Assembly: GCA_013239625.1 (NCBI GenBank)
Contig: MU053881.1
Coordinates: 3,226,001 to 3,290,000 of the forward strand
Source of the DNA: Lama guanicoe
Taxonomy: Eukaryota
Reading direction: 5' to 3'
Length of the DNA: 64,000 nucleotides
Position numbers and translations under genes: made by a program. Of this stretch, positions 49,717 through 62,389 are shown piece after piece. The notes beneath the pieces were generated by a model. That model searched no databases and was not told the origin of the DNA. It saw only the letters and a list, made by a program, of their open reading frames with translations. Within the stretch, counting starts at the first letter, position 1; each line of letters begins with the position of its first letter.

Positions 49717-51378
49717 AAGAATCTTCTTCATGAATGTTTTTGAAGAAAATTTAGGATTTTAAAGATATAAAAAAAATTTTTTGTACGAGAAAAAAAGTGA
49801 GATATAAAAAAAATTTTCTGTGGCAACTGACACTACTTATGCAAAGAAAGAAAGTCCAAGTTTTGTCACTTGGAGTCAAAATTAATAACCTGAGTATTTT
49901 AAGTATCTGGGACCATTAATATAGCATTACACTGCATTTAAATGAGTCATTCCTAAAGATAGCATCTTACCTGCCTCACATGTTAAAACATTAATTAACC
50001 CCTCCAAGAGGACAGAAATAATCTCTTAGAGGAAGCAAAAAAAAAAAAACCAAACTTGAAATTCAACCTCTTGGCTAAGGTTCTGGTTAAATATAGTATC
50101 TTGAAGCCTCATCAAAATGAATTTCTCCAAGTCTTTTCATTCATTCATTCATAAACAAAATTAATTTACTCATTAAACATGCACCGTAGGCCTCTCCTGC
50201 ACCCACCAACGGCTTGGCCCTGGATTTGGAAAGACTCAACACACAGTACCAGTAAGCTAAAAAACAAACACACTAACGAATACAGCCTAAATGCCCCCAA
50301 ACACGCTGAGAGACACGCTTCCCATGCAGAGCTAACTGTGTCTGGACATCACCCACCTCTGCGGATGAAGCCTTCATCTGAGTTATCAGATTACTAGCCT
50401 GGGTAAATCCTACAGAACACTGGGGTATGAATGACTCTGACATCCCTAACTGTACACACTTTTCAGAAATACTATTTCCATGGAGTAAACCTGCTTTAAA
50501 ATTCACAGTAACTCAGCCACAGAATTTATAAGCTCTGAGAGCCAAAACGAGTGCCATGACAAAGATTCTCTCTTCACAAGGCACTCATACCTTACACATT
50601 ACAGGCCTACCGGAAATGGCAGTTAACTCCATCTTTTTTCTGCTTAAGCTGCATCACAACCTTTGTGAACAGTTCTGGGAGGGGAACACCACCTCCCTGT
50701 TTGGTCCGATGGTACACAGCCAGCGCACAGCTACACACAGGTGAGGACCATTCCAGGACTCCGAGGCCAGGACCGCCTCCCGCCACGCATGAACCTTTGT
50801 GGCAGGTGAACAGTCCGCTCCAACTAGACAATGGTCATCAGATTCGTTTCCAAGTAAGTTTACTGAACCACTGGCTAACGGAACCTGAATTCCTGGCTCT
50901 ACACCACACCTTCCCTAAGTGTCCTGTAACTTGGAATCCTCAGATGGGGGTGATAAGGGAAGGGATGTGTCGTGGGCAGGAGTTTATACCTGGGGAGGCA
51001 ATAGATCTGAGCTCCAATCCCAGGTCCAACCGATGACTCTGTGGCCTTGTACACATTATCCCACTGCTTCAAGTTTCTGCCTGTTTATCAACAAAATTAG
51101 GATGTCACTTAATAATGACACTAGTGTTTAATAAACACTTATTTTAAGAGCTTTCCTTTTAATATCCTGTCTAATCTTCATAACCATTTGGTTATAAGGG
51201 CAGTAAGCTAGCTTGCTCAAGTCAGTGGTGGTGCCAGAATGTGACGTTATATTGTCTGGCTCCAGAATCCCTGCTCCCTAGAGAGGTGGTTCTGACCCAG
51301 AAAGCTTCATCCCGGACATTCTGATTCAGTAAAGCCGAGGAGAAGCCTAGGAATTTGACATTTAAGAAATATGCCAGG

Positions 51379-51771
51379 AGAGATATGTATACAATGGAAT
51401 ACGACTCAACTGTAAAAAGGAGTGAAATAATGTCATTGGCAGCAGCACGGATGGACCTAGAGATGATCATGCTAAGTGAAGTCAGTCAGTCAGAGAAAGA
51501 CAAATATCGTATGATATCACTTGTATCTGGAATCTAAAAAAATGACACAAATAAACTAATTTACAAAACAGAAAGAGACTCACAGCCATAGAAAACAAAT
51601 TTATGGTTACACGGCGGGGGGCGGGGGAGATGGATAAATTAGGAGTTTGGGATTGGCTGGTACAAACTACTATGTACAGAATAGATAACAATGTCCTACT
51701 GTATATCACAGGGAACTATATTCAATGGCTTAGAGTAACTTGTAATGAAAAAGAATGTATGTATGTGTGTG

Positions 51772-51803
<32 letters not shown>

Positions 51804-51884
51804 GACTGAATCACTATGTTGTACACCAGAAACTAACACAACATTATAAATCAACTACATTTCAATTTAAAAAAAGTAAGAAAA
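51379..51884 (+). mobile_element. 5'-truncated L1 with internal (TA)n, inserted in a MER5-like element
   Basis: TSD AAGAAATATGCCAGG (51364-51378) / AAGAAATATACCAGG (51885-51899). Confidence 0.9.
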
Positions 51885-54799
51885 AAGAAATATACCAGGG
51901 TTATCCTATGATTGGGTAAGTTTGGGTAACACTATGCTGCCAAGAATATAAAGCTTATAAATAGATCATAAAGTGTCCTACCAGTTAAGGGATGATTCCT
52001 GCCCTCTTTTGGGGGAAACAGAAATGTTTAGATGACTCCAGGGCCACTCACGGTGGTGGCTGGGCCTGCTCCTTCTGGCCGGGGTTCCAGCTGAGGAAGG
52101 CTCCCATGCCCTGAGGCCCGGTCCCCTGAGTACCCACCCTGACAGCCCACGGCATGAGAACTGGACTCAAAAGCACTTTGCAATCTGGACCAGAGTCATG
52201 ATTCTGCCCATCCTTTCCAGGCAAGTCAGTGGGTGAGTCACTTGACATCTCTGAGCCTCAATTTTCTCATCTGTATAAGATGGAGGCAAGAGCTGGCTGA
52301 CAGAGTTGGAGGGATTAGCAAACTAAGGTAAACAAGAAGGTGTGCTTTATTAACCTTTATTAAGTGTAAAGGGCTAAACAACATAGGATCGTTACTAACC
52401 AGCCGTTCTCCATGTGTGGAGGCGCCTGTCCTCACTGGCTGATGCTCTGCCCATGAACGCAGTGGCGGGTGGTGCTGGTGGGCTCAGAGTAGGGGAATGG
52501 AATGGTGCTTGGCTGCCTGAGCTGCCCGAGGATGATCAGAAACGTCTAAGAAAAAGAACTTTTCTCTAAGATAAACTTCATTGCAAATTTTCAGCTGCAT
52601 GCCAAGAAAATGCTTAACTACTGGGGAAAAAAAAAAAAGAATTTTCCAAAATTTCGCAGAAAACACACTAGCAGGGAACGTGCTTTATTAGGGACTTGGT
52701 AAGAAAGACCTTTAACCCTGGCTAAACATTAACAATGATAATTCAGTGATTTAACTGGAAACTTATTGTTACTTAAAAGAACTGCAGTCTGAAAGAGGTA
52801 AGACTCTGGTCGCCCTGGTTTATTCAGTTAAGGGCTGGAGGTGTGAAATGCCCTGTCAAAGTCACTGCAAAGTCACGTGGCCGAGAGTCCACTGTGTGCT
52901 GGGCACTGGGCTCTCCATGTGTGACCAGATGGCTGAATTCTCACTGCAGCTCTCTACGAAATTTCCCATTTTGTTGTTATACAGAGAAATCAAGTGTCAA
53001 GCCCCAGATGACCCAGCCCAGAAGTGGCGGTTCTATCTGACTTTATAGCCCACTCCTGACCCTCCCAGGGCCAGAGGTGACATCCACCAAGAACGATCCA
53101 ATCACTCAAGGAGGACTGCTAAACAGCATTAACAGCATTAAACAGCATTAGTTTCCTAATCTGCCTTTAAGCTGGTTATCTGTACGCAGTACACAGCGTT
53201 CCTTTCTTATGGGCGTGGCCACCCAGAAGATCAAATGATAAATCGGAAAGTCGAATCCCATGCTAGGAAGTAGATTCTTTCAAAGGGCATTTCCACTCAG
53301 CACTGGCTTTCTGTTGCACACCCTCCTCTATTCCTAGGATAGGTCTAGATGGAGACCTAGAGAATCAGGAAGACATGGGGAATTACTGCCTTCTGTCTGT
53401 CTCACCATCTTTTCTGCCCCCACCTCCCATCCCACAAGGCAGATCCCACTCTTATGTTAACTTCAAAACTCCCAGGTGACAGTACAATCATTTTTCGGTG
53501 CTCCTCAAGATCAACTTTGGGTTTGGTTACTTAATTTCTTATGATGAGTGAAGTTCTTATCCACTTCAAAAATGTTTTTTTCTATTGGTTTATACTTGAG
53601 ATGGCGGCAAAAGCCTGTAAAAATAACAAAATATTACCAACTGCAGTACTTTGGATACATTCAGTTCCACATTTTGCCACCTACTTTAAAGAATCAAATC
53701 ACAGATGATATATACTGTCTCTGAAAGTATTTTACCAACAGCAATTAACTAAAAATAATAACTTTCAACTTTGTATACTGAAGTGTAGGTTTGACATGTA
53801 TTCTAACTTAATAATTTAATAATTATTAATTAATGCTAACTTAATAATTAATAGACAAGTCAGCCTTAAAAAAAGTGACTTACTGCTGCTGATTTGTTAC
53901 CTTTAACCTCAACAAAAGGTTGGTTCCACTCATGATTATATTCCAACCACATGCACCTAACCACCGCTTGCATGGTAGGGTGCAGACGCCATACTTCATT
54001 CTAAGACATCAGAGAGCAAAGAAGTTGGATGATGGATCTGTTCTAAGGGTCACTGCTGCTCTGAGTGTCCTCTCAGCATCCTTTGCAGGAAGTGAAGAGG
54101 GTGAAGGGATATTCCCCACCCCCCATCCTCAGGTAACACCTTGCTATACCCATCCACGTGGGACTTCAGAAAACTTTTACAGAATATTACAGAATTTACA
54201 TTCTAAATATTTTACTGAGCCTGAATGACAGCTACCCCTTGCTGTACAGCTTCTTCTCTGAGAGCTTCGACCACAGATAGCATTCCTTTCCTGAAAGCCC
54301 ATCAGATCTAAATTAAATGCCTGCACCCTCAGTCTAACCCTTGAATACATACTTAGAGCAATTACATATTAGAACTGCATAGGAACTGATACTCCTCTCC
54401 AAACACCATCACTTTAACAAGCTAGATGCCCGAGGTCCCTAAACCTCTTGGTAAAGCTTCCACTCATCCTCCCAGAGACTTCCTGCCCATCTTACAGATC
54501 TTATTTGGCAAGACTGAGCTCAGCACCGTAAAAGCTGCAAAGCCTCCTTACTCGTCTGGATACCCACCTTGCACCTATTACAATGCCTGGAACATGGAAA
54601 GGGTTCAGAAAACTGGGGATGGGCAAAGGATGAAAAAATCTAGAGGCACCCAAGTAAAAATGTAGAAGAGGAGACAGAAGAGAGATTACGACTCAGAGAA
54701 GTACAAATAAAATGCCGGGGGGGTTCAGAAGGCAGTTGCCCATGGAGTTGTTAAGTGTCCGAGCACTGAAGTCAATCCGGCTAAGCTCTTCCACTCAGG

Positions 54800-55190
54800 C
54801 ACTCAACACACACTCAGTGAGGGTCTACCTGGTGCAGGTGATAGATGGATGAGCAAGACAAACACAAAACATGAGCCCTGATCACAAGCAGAGAATCAGA
54901 CGAGCAAGTAAACAAATGCTATTAAAGAAAAAACACTGGGGTAATCTAACAAAGGATGTGTGCTTGAGGGGGCAATTTCAGACAACTCGGCCAAGGGAGA
55001 ACATTTTTGAGGAAGTAACACTGAAGCTGAGGCTACAGACCACTGTGTGACCTTAGGCGGGTTACTCAACCTCTCTGAGCCCTAGCTTTCCCATCTGGAT
55101 TAGGAAGGCAAGGCCAAGTACCTCATGGGGCTGGACGAATGTGGAAGTAAATGGACCTGAATATCCTGCACACACTTAGTAGGCATCGTG
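54800..55190. mobile_element. L2 3' fragment (minus) followed by a MIR
   Basis: ...TTTGAGGAAGTAACACTGAAGCTGAG; CTGTGTGACCTTAGGCGGGTTACTCAACCTCTCTGAGCC. Many other MIR cores occur (e.g. ~11.3, 14.0, 15.6, 36.4, 52.2, 59.9 kb). Confidence 0.7.
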
Positions 55191-55319
55191 GCTACTGTCA
55201 TTCTGAGGAGGTTGGAGGCCTGTGACAAGTTAGGCAGCACAGAAATGCAGGGTCCGAGCCGGGTCACTGCTATGCCAACCACTTGCCTGTGTCTTCCCTA
55301 CCAGGTTGGGAGTTAGCTG

Positions 55320-56070
55320 CAGGGCCGGGAACAGGTGGTCTGCTCTGGCCCCGCAGCCCCGCTCTGCGCCAGGGGGAGAAGCCGGGAGCTAGGAGCTTGA
55401 GGGGCGGGGGGGGGGGGGGGGGGACAGCAGTCGCTCGCGCGCGTCCCCGCCGTGGCCTGTCCCCGCGGCAGCCATCTTGGGTGTCCTCCCCGCGGCGAGT
55501 TTCGTCACGCGGCCGCGGGGACAGCGTGGCAGAGCGCGTGCGGGCGTGGATGGGTGAGCCCCCTCCCATCCGGGGGGACCCACTTCACCTCGGGGGTTCA
55601 AGGGGACCCCCGGGGCGGTCAGGCTGCTGGAGGTGGGGAGCTCAGGCAGCGGGATGCCAGGGGTCCCCAAGGTGCAGGCACCCCTGGCCCTGGGAGTCCC
55701 AGGTACGGCCAGGGGGCGTCCGCCCTCCCAGCCGGGGGAGGAGCGGGGGGGCTCTTCGCAACCTGCCGGCGGCCGCGCGCCCCCGCTCCAGCCCGCGCCC
55801 CTCCGCCGGGCCCCCAGTGTCCTTCCCGCCCCCCGCGCCCGGGCCCGCCACAAAAAAAAACGCCCGGAGCGCGCCCCCGTGCGGAGCCGCGAGGCCGGGC
55901 CAGGCGGCGGCGCGCGCGGGCCCGGGGACACGGCCTCGCAGTCGCTGCGCTCTGGGCCCCGCCACCCGCCTGTCCGGGCGCGATCGCCTGCGCGCGCCGC
56001 CTTTGCGTCTGGCTGCATCGTGAACTCCCGAGCGCATCCTCACCGTGGTGTGGGGCTGGCGCCACGTTTT
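55320..56070. promoter_or_regulatory. CpG island, probable SFXN1 promoter / non-coding exon 1 region
   Basis: Very GC- and CpG-dense, with GC boxes, a YY1 motif GCCATCTTG (55471-55479) and GCGC-rich NRF1-like stretches. Lies ~11 kb upstream of the first coding exon and is the only strong island in the window. Confidence 0.85.
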
Positions 56071-56429
56071 CCGTTTTGGTTTCCCAGAGGGACGACCCCT
56101 TACTCGCTCATTTCTCTGTATCCCCAGGGTCATACATAGAGTCAGCATCCACTCACTCACGTATTTAAACCATTGTTTCCCAAAGTGTGGCATTTGCCAC
56201 CACTGGGGCTACAAGGCGATTTTCGGTGGTACAAAGGCCATGGGAATCATCCTGGCTGCTGGGTGAATAGGCTATTGAGGAGGTGACGTGGAGGCAGAGA
56301 GGCCAGTAGGGAGGCAATGGTGCTTAACCAGCGGAGAGATGATGCTGGCTTGGACCAGGTTGGTAACAGGGGAGATGACGAGAATCATTGGATTCTGGGT
56401 ATCTTTTTGAGGCAGATGAAATCTAATAA

Positions 56430-57300
56430 ATGGTGAAATAACATCCTGTTCATGGATAGGAAGATTCTATTTCTAAAGCTGTATATTCTTCCCACATTAA
56501 CTTTAAAACATAATTCAATTCCAAATAAAATTCTGACAACTCTAGTGGGTATAAGAGTGGGTGCATAACTTGACAAGGAGACTGTTAACATGCATTTGGA
56601 AAAATAAAGAGCCGGAAATAGCCAAAACAACTTTGAAGAAAAAGAGCGAGGTGGAGTAATCATCCTACAAACACAGAGAGCTGTGTTTGTGCAGGGATCA
56701 CCAATTAATTAGCTTAGTGCAGCCAAATCGATGCATCAGACATGGACCCTGTACACAGAGAAACCTGCTGTTATGCTGCATCCCAGGTGAAGGGGGAGAT
56801 TAGATATTTATTAAATGATACTGGGGCAATTGAATCCCTGCTTTCTACCATATTCAAAACTCAGACCGATTTAAGCCCCAAATATGAAAAAACAAAATTC
56901 CCCCAATTTTAGGAGACAATACAGGAGGGTATGTTTCTGACCTGGGGATATGGAGACATTCTTAAATAAACACGAAGTGTATGGAATATAAAGGGAAGAT
57001 TAAAAAGTTAAATCTCATTAAAACTAAGAAAAATCCATGCTCACCAATGATACCGTAATAGAAGTGAAAGAGTTCGTGTCTCTCCATTCAGATTGGCAGG
57101 AAATATTTTCAATTCATGGATCTGGCAAAGACTACATATGGAGAAAAATGTAAAAAACATTCAGAAATGAATGAGAAGAAAGAGGGGGCAATCCAATAGA
57201 AAAACATACAGAACAAAACAAAAACAACCCCAGGAAACATGCAATTCACAGAGAAGGAAAAAAAATATGGCCCTGATACATAAAAAAAATGTTGGAACCG
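56430..57300 (+). mobile_element. Degraded old L1 ORF2/3' fragments
   Basis: AATAAATGGTGAAATAACATCCTGTTCATGGATAGGAAGA...GGCAATCCAATAGAAAAA...GCAATTCACAGAGAAGGAAA. Confidence 0.65.
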
Positions 57301-57639
57301 ACTGGAGATTGGGGACTCTGCCTGCATAGTTTTTCTAGATAGTTTTTTTGGTGACACTTCTTATCCTTGGAATTCCTATGAATGTTTAACCAGTTTCTGT
57401 TCTTTACCACCCCTGTGCCAAGTGTTGGGCTCAAAAAGATTTAAAAACAAAAATTCCTCTTTCAAAGAGCTTAGTGGCAAGGAGAAAAACATAAAAACAA
57501 GTAATTTTTTAAAAAATGATTACATTTCAATATAAAAATTGCCACAGTATAATGTGGACTGTGTAAGTAAGTGCTATGAGAGCACAGAGGAGAGACTGAC
57601 TAGCAGCATGCAGATGCAAAAGAGGTATAGTTGATACAC

Positions 57640-58640
57640 AGTGTCTCCGTTATCTGTTGCCATGGTAATGCTGCAGCAGAACCACAAAGCCTCAAAAGGA
57701 TACAAATATAAACATGGTTTTTATTCGTGCGCGCGTGCGCGCGCGCTGGCTAGCAGTTCTGCGGATCTGAGCTGGGCTCTGCAAGGCTTACTCACGTGTG
57801 TGTCAGTTGGTGGCTTTGTGGGTCTTGGCAAGGCTGTCTCACTGCTTGAAGCCATAGCTAGGAGGAGTGGACTGACTTGGCTCTGTTCCAAGTCTCATTC
57901 CTCCGGCAAACCAACCTGGGCTTGTTTACATGGCAATGGCGGAGGGAGGGAGGGAAGGGGAATGAGAAAGAGAGACAGAGAGACTGCTCACTTTTGCTTT
58001 ATCCTATTGGTCAAACCAAGTCACAAGACCGACCTAGATTCTTTATCTCTTGATGGGAGGAGCTTCAAAGTGACATTATAAATAGATGTGGTATACAGAC
58101 AGGTGGGGAATTGGGAGCATGATTTTTCACAAATTCCTTCTTGTGTGTATTTTGCTTTCCTAGCATCCCAGTTTCTTTTGGGGAGCTCCCCACTCTGACT
58201 TCATTTCGCCCTGGTCAGATTGTCAATCATGGGACTATATCCTCTCATGCCTGCCGCTGTCATGGGTATGTGTCCCAAGCTGAGCCAAACAGAATCCTGC
58301 CCTGAATTTATATTCAGACACTGAGAAAATAGGAAGTCATGCCCTTCCTCCACCCCTACTGGGGCTGCTAAGCTGGGAGAATGTGGATCAGGCGCTGCCA
58401 GGGCTACTCCTTTTGCCTGTCCGCGGAATTGAAACTGACCTGAAAAATGCAAGAGAGAGAGAAGAATTCTGATGAGGTCACTGCAGGCCCCTGGCTCCTC
58501 CAGTCCTGAAGCTAGATCTACCTCCCAGGCTTCCAGTTATAGGAACCCTAAATCCAACCACACACACATTTCTTTTTTTTAAAAAAAATCATAAGCTCTT
58601 TTGAGTTGGATTTCTATCTCTGACTGACTGGGATGTTCAC
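57640..58640. mobile_element. Old MaLR (MLT1-type) LTR fragments
   Basis: GTTATCTGTTGCCATGGTAATGCTGC...CCTATTGGTCAAACCAAGTCACAAGACC; a second fragment has CCAGTCCTGAAGCTAGATCTACC. Confidence 0.55.
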
Positions 58641-59106
58641 AGAAGTGGTGACATCTGAACTACACGAAACCAAATTTGACAAATCAGGGAAAGAAGTCAG
58701 ATGAAGGAAGAGAAATGAGCTAAGGTTTTCAGAATAAAAAGCAAATGTCCACATGTTCCCACCATTGTACTCAAATAAACATCTTTCAGAAACAGCTTCC
58801 AGGGTTGCTAAAACAACATTTTGCAGCTTCATTGATAAGGAAACTAAAGGCCTGGGAATTCTTGCTAAGCTTGCGTGGACAAAGGTTGCAAAACACTGGC
58901 ATTCTCATATGGACTTTGAACTGTTCAGGGCATGGCAAAAAACAAAACAACACTTAAGTCAGCACAGATGGGGGCACATTTCTGAGCATAGTGAAAGTTC
59001 AGCGGTCTGAGCAAAGATCTTGCAGACCATATACCACAAGGTGCAGGTTTCCTCAGGGTCCAACAGGAAATTCAGTGAGACAGTATTTTTCTTTTAAGTT
59101 AACATT

Positions 59107-59585
59107 TGTGGATGAAAAATACTGCAAGTCGTATCAGTCAACAAAGAATGCTGAAGCCATCAGGTCATTAGCAGCTGCCACCAACCCCTAGTGAAGACAA
59201 GCTTGCAGCCCAGCCTCTGCAGCCACTCACAATGGTGCCCTCTGAGGGGACTCAGAATAAGAAAGGACAAGATGCTGGCCCTAGATAGCTAGGTGCTTGT
59301 CAACGGAATGAATTCAATGAGCCCAAATGTTTGCTTCCTCTCATACATAGAAAAGCACTACATTCTTTAACTTGAGATGCCTGGTTTTCTTTAGATAACA
59401 AGCAATCTTTTATTGTTCCAACTACCTGGTCTTTGATGTAGAGCTCCTATATATCCTAGCTCCTCCCCTACCTCTTTGGAGCAGTCCCTCAGAGCGATCT
59501 GAGAGGCAGTCATCCCTGCTCGAGTCCTCCCGCCAAATAAAACATAACTGTCAACTTCTAGGCTGCGTGTTTATTTCAGTCGACA
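59107..59585 (+). mobile_element. ERV solo LTR, family Z copy 2
   Basis: TGTGGATGAAAAATACTGCAAG...TTTCAGTCGACA; colinear with 9805-10288; near-TSD CATT/CAGT. Confidence 0.9.
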
Positions 59586-62283
59586 CAGTGAAATCAAAGC
59601 CTTAAATTCTAGATTCTATTAGCAATGCTATATATGACGACAAAATAAATACATAATCAGATGCATTTGAAATGTAAGGAAAAGTTCACGGGCACACTCC
59701 TTGCTATTCGCCAGCACTCTCCCTGAGAGATTTTTTAGTATGTTTCTTTCTAGGATGTTCTTTTCTTTTCTGACCCAGTCAAACTTCCGTTTCTCCTGTG
59801 CTTGAGTTTCTACCGTCTTATGTATGAACATAAGCATGTGGACCTGGGCTTAAGAACACGGGTCTTGGGAGGCAGACCAGCCTGGCTTTTGATTCCATCT
59901 CTGCCCTGATCGCCTGTGAGATCCTAGACAGATGAGTTCCTTAACCTCTCTTGTGCCTTCGCTTCTTTATCTCTAAAGTAGGGATGAGGCCAACACCCTT
60001 CCTCCTGGGGCTTTTGTGGAAACTACCTGAAATGACGGATGTGGCGAGATTAGCTGAGCGCCTGGCCCCGTGCGAGCCTGGATAATTGAGAGCTGTTGTT
60101 ATTGGGGTTCTAGCTTCAGGGCTCCTACAGCACTTCAAAAGTCTCTCTGTGGGTACTTACCTCGTGGTACTGAACCATTGCTTTATAGTCCTGTCTTCTC
60201 TCTAGACTGTGAATGATTTAAAATAAGAAAATCTTACTCAATTTTCCTGGTGTCTAGCACAATACAGTGCAGGTCGGGTGGTGGATTCAGTATTTGTTTG
60301 CTAAATATGTTAGAGCCGTGATGCGCGTATTTTATGATCTGCTTTCTTCACTTAACGGTATGGTTCCTAAACATTCTCTCGGGTGACATTATAATCCTCC
60401 TCATTCATTCATTCATTCATTCATTCATGCTTTTTTTCAGTAAATGCTTATTGCTCATCAATTCTCCATTAATAATTGTTCCAGGCACTGGGGATTCTAC
60501 ATCCAAAGGGACAGATTTAACCCCCTGCCCTCCTGCAGCTGACATTCTGGAAAGGAGAGATGGACGGTCAACACGGAATGTGCACAGTACGCAGTGGTGG
60601 TAGGTGCGATTGACAGCTTGAGCAGGGAGGGGTGGCAGGAAGGCTGGTCATGGCAGAGCTCTGGGGCAAGTGTCCTCTCTCATTTCAGCGGCTGTGGAGC
60701 AGTCCAAGGAGCAGCCGTGTCATCCTCCACTCAGCTGAGCCGGGAGACTCTTTGCACACTTGTCACTCAGGCGGGCGAGGACCTTGTGGCCTCCACCCCC
60801 GAATGTCAGACTCTGCAACTTGCACAAGAGCCACTGCTGCTCCCGGAGCTGCTTCCTGCAGCCACCGCTGGAATGGATGCTCCACTGTCTGGGCACGTGC
60901 ATCCGACCGGCTGAGCTGAGGTCACGTGCCAGGGCCACACCAAGTCTTTTCTGTAGAGGCTGATGATCTGTTCCCCACTCACATAGGATGGAGAATTGAA
61001 TCAACCCAGGAAGTTCCCTCACGCTGTTCCTCAGTCAGTACATGCCTCGATTCCTTGATTCCTCCAGGGGTAACACTGTCCTGATTTCTATCACCTGCTT
61101 TCTGTGATCTAACACTAACTTCTAATTAGCTTTATCTCTTCTGGAAGTTTCTCTAAATGGAATCATACAGTATATGCTTTTTCTTGGTTGAAGTATAGTA
61201 CTGATTTACGGTGCTGTGTTAGTTTCTGGTGTACAGCATGGTGATTCAGTTACAGAGTGTGCATCTTTGAATGTGTGTCTGGCTTCCTTCATTCAGCATG
61301 TTTTTGAGATTTATCCATATTGTTGGATGTAGTTGTAGTTTGTTTTTTCGCATCATGTAGAATTCTGGTTTATATGAAAATACCACACTTTTTGTATCCA
61401 TTTCTGAATTGATGACCCTTTACGATGTTTCCCATTTAGGGTTATTATGAATAAAGTGGCTGTGATGTGGACATTCAAACTTTTTATGAATGTAAGAGGA
61501 GTTTTGTTTGTTTTGTTTTGTTTTTTTTACATTTAGTTTGCAATGTTTGGGGCATGTGCTTTGACCTAATTTTTGCCTCCAGAGTGATCTTCCCAAGATC
61601 TGATGTTTTATGTCAGTCCCCACATGAAAGCTGGTTTTTGCCACCAGATAAAGTCCAACCTCTGTGGTACGGCATTCAAGGCTTTCTGATACTGATTTAC
61701 CCCCCAAGCAGCTTCAGGTCCTTCCTTGCACCCTGATGCAGGCACATTGACCAGCTCACTGTTTCCAGGACACACCAGTTTGCTTTATTCCTCTTTGCCT
61801 TTGAACAAATTTTGTCTGGAGTATCTTTCCCCAGAGAGTCTTGATTCCTGGACGAACTGATACACATCCCTCAAAACCTAGTTGGAAGACACCTCCTCCA
61901 GGAAGTTGTCCTTCAATTTGCCAGGCACTTTATTGTACCCTTCATTGGGTACAGTAACATTTGGTATTCATGTTGTTAGAGCACTTATTTCATCACATAA
62001 ATTGCTGTGATCATGGGCTGTCTCCTTTTCTTGTCTGGGACCTCTATAAGCAGAAGAGAAGGCTCAGAGCTGTGAAGTGACGTGCTTAATGCCACACAGC
62101 TTCTGTGACTCCTGGTCTGCCTGATTCCAGGTTAAATACTCTTAACACTATAGCACATGGTGGATTGCATGCTAATTGCCATGCACAAGGTTAATGGAGC
62201 CCAGGGGCTGGAGCTCTAAGGCCCTGAGGGTCAGTAGGTCTTGGTGATGGCACCAGCAGAGTGTGGATCTGGGGCCAAGTGGT

Positions 62284-62389
62284 CAGGGCACACCCACCAG
62301 AGGGCGCAGGGCACACCCACAGAGGGCGCAGGCCACACCCACCAGAGGGCGCAGGCCACACCCACCAGAAGGCGCAGGGCACACCCACC
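62284..62389 (+). repeat. 23-bp minisatellite CAGG(G/C)CACACCCACCAGAGGGCG x4.6, inside a MER102-like hAT remnant
   Basis: Units at 62284, 62307 (22 bp), 62329, 62352 and a partial unit at 62375. The flank CAAATTGTTGCCATG...TTCAAGAGAAACCAGAAATCC looks like MER102. Confidence 0.92.

Noticed and set aside
38708..53150. Short tandem duplications (CACGATACTGA x2 at 38708, AGATATAAAAAAAATTTT x2 at ~49764/49800, AACAGCATT x3 at 53121)
   Set aside because: Ordinary slippage products with no evident function.
55270..56193. Long overlapping ORFs (up to 246 aa) on both strands
   Set aside because: Low-complexity Arg/Gly/Pro/Ala translations caused by stop-codon scarcity in a CpG island; no recognisable domain.
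54800..56420. Colinear L2 fragments on both sides of the CpG island, suggesting the island sits inside one L2
   Set aside because: L2 fragments are abundant, part of the element is missing between them, and independent insertions are simpler. A consensus alignment would settle it.
62284..62389. CRISPR-like appearance of the 23-bp repeat
   Set aside because: No unique spacers and a mammalian context; it is a minisatellite.
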